A DNA stretch of 64,000 bases from an uncultured Rhodospirillales bacterium. GTDB lineage: Bacteria > Pseudomonadota > Alphaproteobacteria > Acetobacterales > Acetobacteraceae. Positions 46,137 through 56,572 of the stretch are shown here, in pieces (the stretch's first letter is position 1; the number at the start of each line of letters is the position of its first letter). The stretch lies in the NCBI GenBank assembly GCA_903928895.1, contig CAIYSR010000001.1, forward strand, positions 1 to 64,000, read 5' to 3'. Made by a program: the position numbers and the translations under genes. Below the pieces are notes generated by a model that did not search any database, was not told the DNA's origin, and worked only from the letters and a program-made list of their open reading frames with translations.

Positions 46137-46987
46137 AGCCGCAGGCGTTCGAGATCATGGCTGCCTGTTTGCGCAACGGATCCGGTCTCGTGATCGGGCC
46201 GGACAAAATGTATCTGCTCGAGGCGCGGCTGGGACGGATACTCAAGCAGCGCGGATTACGCGATCTGGATGCGTTGGCCGAGCGCGTGGCGGCGGACCGC
46301 GTCGTCGCGCGCGATGTTGTCGAGGCGATGACGACGAACGAAAGCTTCTTCTTTCGTGACGACAAGCCCTTCTCGCATTTTCGGACGCAGGCGTTACCCC
46401 GATTGCTGGCGGCTCGACCGCCCGGTGCGAGGTTGCGGATTTGGTCGGCCGCCTCCAGCTCGGGGCAGGAGGCTTATTCGTTGGCGATGATCCTGGCGGA
46501 GTGCCGCGCGCAGATCGGCGGGCGGAGTTTTGAGATCGTCGGCACCGATATCAGCCGCGAGCAACTCGGCCGGGCGCAGGAGGGGATGTACACCCAATTC
46601 GAGGTGCAACGTGGGCTGCCAATGCAATTGCTGGTGCGCTATTTTCGCAAGGAAGGAGCCAACTGGCGGGTTGCGGAAGGGTTGCGGTCGACGGTGACGT
46701 TCAAGGAGTGGAATCTGCTCTCTGACCTGCGCGGGCTCGGCCAGTTCGACATTGTGTTCTGCCGCAATGTGCTGATTTATTTCGATCAACCCACCAAGGC
46801 ACGTGTGCTGGAGGCGATTGCCCGGCAGATGCCTGCTGACGGGCTGCTATACCTGGGGGGCGCGGAGACGGTGCTGGGAATCACCGATCGCTTCGTGGCC
46901 GCGCCAGGCGAGCGCGGAGTGTACTGGCTCAGTGACGCCGTGCGGACCGTGGCCCGGACGACAGGCGTGGCGCTGGTGGCCGGCTGA
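46133..46987 (+). CDS. cheR: Chemotaxis protein methyltransferase CheR.
   Basis: N-terminal CheR helical domain, SAM-binding IWSAASSSGQEAYSLAM, and FCRNVLIYFD. The start overlaps the cheB stop (ATGA). Confidence 0.9.
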   Translation: MKPQAFEIMAACLRNGSGLVIGPDKMYLLEARLGRILKQRGLRDLDALAERVAADRVVARDVVEAMTTNESFFFRDDKPFSHFRTQALPRLLAARPPGARLRIWSAASSSGQEAYSLAMILAECRAQIGGRSFEIVGTDISREQLGRAQEGMYTQFEVQRGLPMQLLVRYFRKEGANWRVAEGLRSTVTFKEWNLLSDLRGLGQFDIVFCRNVLIYFDQPTKARVLEAIARQMPADGLLYLGGAETVLGITDRFVAAPGERGVYWLSDAVRTVARTTGVALVAG

Positions 46988-47051
46988 AGCAGTGGTCTTG
47001 CCTCGGGTACCGGGCGCGGGCAGTTTGGGGCATCTGGATAAGGTGGGTGCT

Positions 47052-47978
47052 GTGACCGTGATTCTTGCGTCTCGACCGAATGTCTATACCGGGAGTCCGC
47101 TCGATCGGGCGGCGGAAAAGCGCGATGACGTTGCCTGGGTGGCTGCCGCGCTCGCCAATCCGGGATCATTGTTTGCGCCGGTATGGCGGGCGCGGAACTT
47201 GATGCGTGGCAGGGCAGAGGGCAGGCCTGAAGCGGTTTTCCTAACGGACGAGGCGGCAGCGACCCTTCGCATGGCGGGCGGTGCCTGGGCGCTGCTCGGA
47301 TTGCTTGGCGGCGTGCCGCTGTTCACGGTCGACCTCAGCGTGGCCGATGATCCGTCGCCGCTGCTGCCCGAAGGGATGGGCGAGTTCGTCGATCTTCGCG
47401 CGGTGCCGGGGCTGCTGGACGGCCAGGAGGCGTCGATCATGGCGCATGCACGGGGGCTGATGCATTGGCGCAGCCGGCACAAGTTTTGCGGTATTTGTGG
47501 GGGCGCATGCGAGGCGCGTTCGGCTGGCCATGTGATGGTCTGCGGTGCGTGCAACGCCCAGCATTTTCCGCGGACCGATCCGGCCGTGATTATGCTGGTG
47601 TTCAAGGGGGATCGGGCGTTGCTCGGGCATTCCGCGCGGTTCCCGGGGTCGAACATGTATTCGACTCTGGCGGGGTTCGTGGAGCCGGGCGAAAGTCTGG
47701 AGGAGGCCGTTGCGCGCGAGGTGCTGGAGGAGTCCGGTGTGAGGGTCGGACGGGTCCATTATCATTCGAGCCAACCCTGGCCGTTTCCGGCCTCGATCAT
47801 GCTTGGTTTCTACGCCGAGGCGACGAGCGAGGAGATCACCATCGATCCCGAGGAGCTGGTGGATGCGCGGTGGTTCACGCGGGACCAGCTTCGCAACCCC
47901 AGGGACCATGGGTTCGCTCTGCCACGCGGGGACAGTATCGCGAGTCGATTGATCGCAGACTGGATCGCGGCGGATTGA
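47052..47978 (+). CDS. nudC: NAD+ diphosphatase NudC (Nudix with zinc ribbon).
   Basis: Zinc ribbon CGICGGACEARSAGHVMVCGAC, Nudix box (GFVEPGESLEEAVAREVLEESG) and the NudC-specific SQPWPFP. Exact GTG start is uncertain (47043, 47052 or 47058). Confidence 0.8.
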   Translation: MTVILASRPNVYTGSPLDRAAEKRDDVAWVAAALANPGSLFAPVWRARNLMRGRAEGRPEAVFLTDEAAATLRMAGGAWALLGLLGGVPLFTVDLSVADDPSPLLPEGMGEFVDLRAVPGLLDGQEASIMAHARGLMHWRSRHKFCGICGGACEARSAGHVMVCGACNAQHFPRTDPAVIMLVFKGDRALLGHSARFPGSNMYSTLAGFVEPGESLEEAVAREVLEESGVRVGRVHYHSSQPWPFPASIMLGFYAEATSEEITIDPEELVDARWFTRDQLRNPRDHGFALPRGDSIASRLIADWIAAD

Positions 47979-48029
47979 TACCAACCCAGGCAAAGGATGA
48001 CTCTTCCGGCCTTTGCGTGGGTTGGTATC
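47977..48029 (+). terminator. Long hairpin (20-bp stem, one mismatch) immediately after the nudC stop codon.
   Basis: gataccaacccaggcaaagg-N13-cctttgcgtgggttggtatc. No U-tract. Confidence 0.5.
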
Positions 48030-48083
48030 GCGCGCCGGGTTGGCGGGCGGCGGCGCGCCAAAAGAGACTCATACCGGCCGCCG

Positions 48084-48106
48084 TTGACCCATAATGTATG
48101 GGTCAA
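48084..48106. promoter_or_regulatory. Perfect 10-3-10 palindrome TTGACCCATA-ATG-TATGGGTCAA (operator-like) in a convergent intergenic region.
   Basis: Direct reading. The palindrome is flanked by ccgccg/cggcgg. The left arm begins with the -35-like TTGACC. Confidence 0.4.
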
Positions 48107-48324
48107 TCTTTACGGCGGTTGATATGAGGCCGGAAGTGCGGGCAACGGATTTTTGGCATCGATGGGACGCGCGGCGCGGCGTGTCGCGTGTCTATTGGAC
48201 GTCGGCCGAGGCGAACCATTGCCGGAGCGCGCGATCGGGCCGGTCAGCGATGCGCTGGATACGACGGACGTGATCTGGGCCTTTTTCCGCGACCGCAGAC
48301 GGTAACGCAGCTGAAGCCCATGCG

Positions 48325-49035
48325 TCAGACGCCCAGCGTTCCCGCCATCGCCTGATCGTAGCGGGCAGCGATTTTCGACCAGTCCAGCACGTTCCACCAC
48401 GCTGTCAGATAATCCGGGCGGCGGTTCTGGTATTTGAGATAGTAGGCGTGCTCCCACATGTCATTGCCCAACAGGACCCGACCGCCGTCCATCAGGGGGG
48501 TGTCCTGGTTGGAGCGCGGGGCCAGGGCGAGTTTGCCCTCGCGGCTGACGGTGACGAAAACCCAGCCCGAGCCGAACACGCCGGCGCCGGAGCGGTTGAA
48601 GCTGGCCTTGAAGGCCTCGAAACCGCCGAGGTCGCGTTCGATGGCGGCGGCGAGCGTGCCGCTGGGATTGCCGCCTTTGCCGCCCATGATCTGCCAGAAC
48701 ATCGTATGGTTGGCATGGCCGCCGCCGCTGTTGCGAACCACGCTGCGGATGGTTTCAGGGATTTCGGCCAGACGGGCAATCAGCGCATCCGGGGCGAGGG
48801 TAGCGAGCTGGGGATAGTCCTTCACCGCCCCGTTGAGGTTGGCAACGTAGGCCGCATGGTGGCGGTCGTGGTGGATCTGCATCGTCATTGCGTCGATATG
48901 CGGCTCGTTGGCGTCGAATGCATAGGGCAGGGCGGGCAGCGCGTAGGGGCCGACGGCTTGCGCCGCCGCCAGACGGGGCGCGGCGAATACCATGGTTGTG
49001 GCGGCGGCACGGAAAAGCGCGCGGCGTGACAGCAT
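48325..49035 (-). CDS. Fe/Mn-family superoxide dismutase with a twin-arginine (Tat) signal peptide, predicted periplasmic.
   Basis: MLSRRALFRAAATTMVFAAPRLAAAQA signal, metal ligands in HHDRHHAAYV...DMWEHAYYL. Strong Shine-Dalgarno AGGGAGGA upstream. Confidence 0.9.
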   Translation of the reverse strand: MLSRRALFRAAATTMVFAAPRLAAAQAVGPYALPALPYAFDANEPHIDAMTMQIHHDRHHAAYVANLNGAVKDYPQLATLAPDALIARLAEIPETIRSVVRNSGGGHANHTMFWQIMGGKGGNPSGTLAAAIERDLGGFEAFKASFNRSGAGVFGSGWVFVTVSREGKLALAPRSNQDTPLMDGGRVLLGNDMWEHAYYLKYQNRRPDYLTAWWNVLDWSKIAARYDQAMAGTLGV

Positions 49036-49222
49036 GTCGGGTCCTCCCTGGATGGTGGCGAAAATGGAATGCGCGAGGACTGAAAGCAACTGAATTGCCA
49101 ATAACATCGCCGTGCCTTGCGTCGAATCCTTGGCCTTTGCGGGATTGTCCGGGGTTGCTATGGTGAAAGACCACGATTCGCGGGCAGTCCGTCCCCGCTC
49201 TGCCCACCCAGAGGATGTCGAG

Positions 49223-50347
49223 ATGAAGTTTACCGCGGACCGCGCAACCCTGCTCAAGGCGCTCGCCCATGTGCAGAGCGTCGTCGAGAAGCGCAACACC
49301 ATTCCCATCCTCGCCAACGTGATGATCGCGGTGCGCGACAGTCACCTGACGTTGACCGCCACCGACATGGAGATCGCGGTGGTGGAGGAGGTGGTGGCGC
49401 AGTCCAGCCGCAATGGGGCGTGCACCGCCCCAGCGGCCACGCTGTATGAGATCGTGCGTCGGCTTCCCGAAGGGTCGGACGTAGAGTTCGATCATGCCGG
49501 CGGGGACGCCGCGCTTCGTCTGCGTTCGGGACGGTATGCGACGAGCCTGGTGGCGCTGCCGATCGATGATTTTCCAGCGATGACGGCGGGGACGTTGCAG
49601 CACAAATTCACGCTGCCGGCGCAGACGTTGCGCGGGCTGATCGATCGCACCAAGTTCGCGATTTCGACTGAGGAGACGCGCTACTACCTCAACGGGATCT
49701 ATGTGCATGCGGCGGATCTCGGCGGCACCAAGGTGCTGCGCGCGGTCGCGACCGACGGGCACCGGCTGGCGCGTGTCGAGGAGCCCTTGCCGGCGGGCGC
49801 CGGCGGGATGCCCGGCGTTATCATTCCGCGCAAGACGGTCAACGAATTGCGCAAGCTGCTGGACGAGGCGCAGGGCGAGATCGATATCGCGCTGTCCGAC
49901 ACGCGGATCCAGTTCCGCGTTGGCACGGTGCTGTTGACGAGCAAGTTGATCGACGGGACGTTCCCCGAATACGAGCGGGTGATTCCGCGCGACAACGACA
50001 AGGTGCTGCGGGTGAGTTCGGCCGATTTCGCGCAGGCGGTGGCGCGCGTGGCGGCGATTTCGTCCGAGCGGTCGCGCCCGGTGAAGATGTCGCTGGCAAA
50101 GGACCTGCTGGTGTTGAGCGCGGCCAGCGCGGAGCAAGGTTCGGCCAGCGAGGAACTCGACGCGGATCGGGTGAAATACAACGCCGGGCCGCTCGAGATC
50201 GGGTTCCAGGCGCGCTATCTCAACGACATCACCGACCAGGTGAAGGGCGATGTCGAGTTCCGGTTCTCCGATGGGACGCTGCCGACCATCGTGCAGGACG
50301 CGGGCGATGCATCCGCCCTATACGTCCTGATGCCGATGCGGGTGTGA
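49223..50347 (+). CDS. dnaN: DNA polymerase III beta sliding clamp.
   Basis: MKFTADRATLLKALAHVQSVVEKRNTIPILANVMI...LYVLMPMRV. Confidence 0.95.
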   Translation: MKFTADRATLLKALAHVQSVVEKRNTIPILANVMIAVRDSHLTLTATDMEIAVVEEVVAQSSRNGACTAPAATLYEIVRRLPEGSDVEFDHAGGDAALRLRSGRYATSLVALPIDDFPAMTAGTLQHKFTLPAQTLRGLIDRTKFAISTEETRYYLNGIYVHAADLGGTKVLRAVATDGHRLARVEEPLPAGAGGMPGVIIPRKTVNELRKLLDEAQGEIDIALSDTRIQFRVGTVLLTSKLIDGTFPEYERVIPRDNDKVLRVSSADFAQAVARVAAISSERSRPVKMSLAKDLLVLSAASAEQGSASEELDADRVKYNAGPLEIGFQARYLNDITDQVKGDVEFRFSDGTLPTIVQDAGDASALYVLMPMRV

Positions 50348-51489
50348 CGGAACCTGCGCTTCGCCTGACCCGGCTGCTGCTGTCCGCCTTTCGTTCGTAT
50401 GAGAAACTTGCCTGGCATCCGGCCCGCCAACTGAACGTCATTCATGGACCGAATGGCAGCGGGAAAACCAATCTCCTGGAGGCCATTTCGCTTTTGACCC
50501 CCGGGCGGGGGTTGCGCGGCGCGCGAATCGCCGATCTGCCGCGCACCGGGTCCGCCGCCTGGGCGGTGGCGGGGCGGCTCGCGGTCCCTGGCGGCGAGGT
50601 CGATATTGGTACGGGGACGCCGCCGGACGGGCCGCCGGAGCGGCGGGTGTTCCGGCTCGACGGGACGGCACCGCGGAACCATGCCGATGTCGCGCAGCGC
50701 ATTGCCGCGGTATGGTTGACCCCCCAGATGGATCGGCTGTTTCAGGACGGCCTGTCCGGGCGGCGGCGCTTTCTGGATCGGCTGGTCTATGCGGTCGAGC
50801 CCGGCCATGCCCGCGAGGTGGCGGCGTACGAAACGGCCATGGCGAGCCGCAATCGCCTGCTCGGCGAGGGACGTGGCGATCCGGTGTGGCTCGCTGGCAT
50901 CGAGGAACAGATGGCCCGCCATGCAGTGGCCGCCACAGTTGCGCGGGCGACACTGGTTGCTCGCTTGAATGCGGCGCTCGCCGATGGCGTGGCCGGCGCG
51001 TTCCCGGCGGCGCGCATGACACTGATATGTCCGCTCGCGACGCGGTTGGAGGAAGCGCCGGCGCTGGCGGTCGAGGATTGGTTGCGTGGCGCCCTTGGCG
51101 CCGGGCGGGGGCGTGATGCGGCGGCCGGGTCGGCCGCACTGGGCGCGCATCGGGCGGACATGGCGCTGGCCGACGCGGCATCCGGCCAGGATGCGGCGCG
51201 GGCGAGTACCGGGCAGCAGAAGGCGCTGCTCATCGCGGTGATCCTGGGTCATGCGGCGTTGCTGACCGCGGCGCGCGGCTTCGGACCATTGCTGCTGCTG
51301 GACGAACCGGCGGTACACCTGGACACGGACCGCCGGGCGGCCCTGTTCGCGGCGCTGGCGGCCTTGCCGGCGCAGGCGTTTCTGACCGGGACCGATGGCG
51401 ACATCTTCGCACCCTTGGCCGGGGTGGCCGGCTTCTGGCGCAGCGGGGGGGGCGGGCTGATCGAGGATCCGGCGTTTCCGGCGCGTTAG
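50344..51489 (+). CDS. recF: DNA replication/repair protein RecF.
   Basis: P-loop GPNGSGKTNLLEA and the Walker B/D-loop LLLDEP. GTG start overlaps the dnaN stop. Confidence 0.9.
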   Translation: MTEPALRLTRLLLSAFRSYEKLAWHPARQLNVIHGPNGSGKTNLLEAISLLTPGRGLRGARIADLPRTGSAAWAVAGRLAVPGGEVDIGTGTPPDGPPERRVFRLDGTAPRNHADVAQRIAAVWLTPQMDRLFQDGLSGRRRFLDRLVYAVEPGHAREVAAYETAMASRNRLLGEGRGDPVWLAGIEEQMARHAVAATVARATLVARLNAALADGVAGAFPAARMTLICPLATRLEEAPALAVEDWLRGALGAGRGRDAAAGSAALGAHRADMALADAASGQDAARASTGQQKALLIAVILGHAALLTAARGFGPLLLLDEPAVHLDTDRRAALFAALAALPAQAFLTGTDGDIFAPLAGVAGFWRSGGGGLIEDPAFPAR

Positions 51490-51552
51490 CCGCTCCCGCG
51501 ACGCCGCGCGAGGCCAACCCGGATTGGCCAAAATTTCATCGAGGGCGTATAA

Positions 51553-54045
<2,493 letters not shown>

Positions 54046-54052
54046 GACGCGA

Positions 54053-54490
54053 ATGCTGGATCATGTATCCATCGGCGTGCGCGACCTCGCGGCGGCACGG
54101 CAGTTCTACGATGCGGTGCTCGCCCCGCTCGGCTATGGCGTCTGCTACGAAGGCGAAGGCTACGTTGGCTATGGCGCGGGCAAGCCTGAATTTTGGCTGA
54201 ACACAACGACGCATCCGGTGCCCGGGGATGCGCGGTCCGGCTTGCATTTCAGCTTCGTCGCGTCCGCGCGGGCGGCGGTGGACGGGTTCCATGCTGCCGG
54301 ACTGGCCGCCGGTGGCAGCGACAACGGCGCGCCGGGGCTGCGGCCGGAGTATGGTCCGCGCTACTATGCGGCCTTCCTGATCGATCATGATGGCTATCGG
54401 ATCGAGGCGCACACCGAAGCCGCTGGCGACTTCGATACCGATGGTGCCACCGCCGGTGAGGCCGCCGGGGGCGAACCCGGCGCGCGATAG
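54053..54490 (+). CDS. VOC-family (glyoxalase/bleomycin-resistance fold) protein.
   Basis: MLDHVSIGVRDLAAARQFYDAVLAPLGY...HFSF...GYRIEAH fold pattern. Confidence 0.7.
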   Translation: MLDHVSIGVRDLAAARQFYDAVLAPLGYGVCYEGEGYVGYGAGKPEFWLNTTTHPVPGDARSGLHFSFVASARAAVDGFHAAGLAAGGSDNGAPGLRPEYGPRYYAAFLIDHDGYRIEAHTEAAGDFDTDGATAGEAAGGEPGAR

Positions 54491-54538
54491 CAGCGGGCGA
54501 AGCGGCTCGGAGCCGCCGCCCTTGCGTTGGGGCTGCTG

Positions 54539-55924
54539 CTATGCACTCGGCAGCGTCACCCAGCGCTCGCCGGTGGGACCGCGCACCAGCAGCAGAAGGC
54601 GGGTGTGGCGGTCGCGTCGGGCGCCGTCGACGAGCAGCCAGAAGGCCCGCACCGAAGTCACCGGCTCGACCATCACGCGTTGGATCACATCACCCGGCTC
54701 GATTCCGGCTTCCGAGGCGCGGCTGTGGGCATCGACCGCCACCACGGCGACACCTTCGACCGCCGCGTCGATCTCGAATCTGGAGCGGATATCCGGTGTC
54801 AGCGGCGCCAATCCGAGCCCGAGATCGGGCGGATCGACGAACTCATGCGGCATTTCCTTGGCCGACCGGCCCTGCCCGGCCTTCACGTCGTCGGGGTTGT
54901 CGATAATCGCGATGTCGATGGCGAGGCGCTGGCCGCCGCGCCAGACGTCGAACGTGGCCGTGGTACCGACATCCTGGGTGCCGACCGCGCGGTTGAAGGT
55001 GCGGGCGTCCTTCATCGTGGAGTCGGCCACGCCGACGATAATATCGCCCGGACGCAGCTTGCCGAGGGCCGAGCCCGCCGGGTCGAGCCCGGTCACAATC
55101 ACGCCCTCGGCATTGCGCTCTGCCCGCGGCATGCCGGCGCCATCGGCGATCAGCGGCGTCAGCTTCTGCACCCGCGCGCCAACCCAGCCCGGCTTGACCC
55201 GGCCGAATTGCAACAGACGAGAGATCACGAACTGCGCGTCGTTGGACGGGATGGCGAACCCGATCCCGATCGAACCGCCATCGCCCTGCGATTGCAGCGC
55301 CGTATTCACCCCGATCACCTCGCCCTGCAGGTTGAACAGCGGGCCGCCGGAGTTTCCTTGATTGATGGGGGCGTCGGTCTGAAGATAGTCGTCGAACGGG
55401 GTGGTCCGGATATCGCGCTCCAGCGCGCTGATGATGCCGGCGGTGACGGTGCTGGCGTAGCCGAGCGGATTGCCTATCGCGAGCACCGGCATGCCTTGTT
55501 TCACCTTGTTGGAGTCGCCCCATTTTATTGCAGGCAGCGGCTTATCCGGCTGCGCCTGCAAGAGGGCGATGTCGATGATTGCCCGGCTCAGCACGGTGGC
55601 GGCCAGAGTGGTGCCGTCTGACAGGGTGACGGTCACCTCGCTCGCTCCTTCCACCACGTGGCGGTTGGTGGCGATCAGGCCGTTGCCATCGATGACGAAG
55701 CCGGTACCCATGATCCGTCGCCGGCTGGTTGCTGCAGCCTGGCCTTTGACGGCTGGGGTTTCGATCAGTTTTACTGCCGCGATGCTGACAACGCTGGGCA
55801 GCAGCCGGGCCGACAGGGCGACGAGGTCCACCGGGTCATGCGCTGCGGCCGGGCCGGTCACAAGCGGCAGCATGGTCAACGTCCACACGACCAGGGCCTG
55901 CAGGAGACGCGCCATGCCGATCAT
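54539..55924 (-). CDS. Periplasmic serine endoprotease DegP/HtrA family with two PDZ domains.
   Basis: Signal peptide, catalytic triad context (H in TNRHVV, D, GNSGGPL) and two PDZ-like regions. Confidence 0.85.
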   Translation of the reverse strand: MIGMARLLQALVVWTLTMLPLVTGPAAAHDPVDLVALSARLLPSVVSIAAVKLIETPAVKGQAAATSRRRIMGTGFVIDGNGLIATNRHVVEGASEVTVTLSDGTTLAATVLSRAIIDIALLQAQPDKPLPAIKWGDSNKVKQGMPVLAIGNPLGYASTVTAGIISALERDIRTTPFDDYLQTDAPINQGNSGGPLFNLQGEVIGVNTALQSQGDGGSIGIGFAIPSNDAQFVISRLLQFGRVKPGWVGARVQKLTPLIADGAGMPRAERNAEGVIVTGLDPAGSALGKLRPGDIIVGVADSTMKDARTFNRAVGTQDVGTTATFDVWRGGQRLAIDIAIIDNPDDVKAGQGRSAKEMPHEFVDPPDLGLGLAPLTPDIRSRFEIDAAVEGVAVVAVDAHSRASEAGIEPGDVIQRVMVEPVTSVRAFWLLVDGARRDRHTRLLLLVRGPTGERWVTLPSA

Positions 55925-56475
55925 GCCGCAATGGCCAGTGCGCGGGTGATCGCGGCACGCACCCGCTGCCCGTCGGGCTCGTCGCCCGAGCCGAAGCAGG
56001 CGATGATCCGGCCGTCGCGGCCAATGATCACCTTGTTGAAGTTCCACGATGGCTCCCAGTTGCGCTGCGCCTTCACCCATTTGTAGAACGCCGCCGCGTC
56101 CTCGCCCGTCACCTTGGATATGCCGGCCATGGGAAAATCGACCCCAAAGGTCGCCTCGCAGAAGGCCTTGACCTTGGCGTTGCTGTCGCTTTCTTGGTTA
56201 AAGTCTTGGCTGGGCACGCCGATCACCACGAGGCCGGCCGCCTTGCGCGCCTTGTGCAACTTCTCCAGCGCCTCGTACTGATATGTGAAGCCGCAGAAGC
56301 TTGCGGTGTTCACGACCATCAACGCGTTGCCCTTGTATTCGGCGAGCGCCAAACGGCCGCCCTCGATGCTGGGAAAGCTGAAATCCCACGCGGTCGCCTC
56401 GCCCGCCTCGGCGCGCATCGCGGTACCGCAGGCCAGGCTGGCGACGAGAAAGTGACGGCGAGACACTCTGGTCAT
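55921..56475 (-). CDS. Glutathione peroxidase with a signal peptide.
   Basis: GPx motifs (VVNTASFCGFT, WNFNKV). Its stop overlaps the degP start (ATGA). N-terminal RRHFL Tat-like signal. Confidence 0.85.
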   Translation of the reverse strand: MTRVSRRHFLVASLACGTAMRAEAGEATAWDFSFPSIEGGRLALAEYKGNALMVVNTASFCGFTYQYEALEKLHKARKAAGLVVIGVPSQDFNQESDSNAKVKAFCEATFGVDFPMAGISKVTGEDAAAFYKWVKAQRNWEPSWNFNKVIIGRDGRIIACFGSGDEPDGQRVRAAITRALAIAA

Positions 56476-56572
56476 AGCGACGCGCTCCGTATCGGTTGCG
56501 GGATCGGACGATAGCACGCAAGGCGAACCGGGTGTGCACCGGCGTGGTTAAGACCCCCGCGACGGGCAGGCG

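Noticed and set aside
49036-49222. Looked for DnaA boxes or an origin signature upstream of dnaN (dnaA is absent from the window).
   Set aside because: No clear TTATCCACA-like boxes. dnaN separated from dnaA is usual in Alphaproteobacteria, so this is not anomalous.
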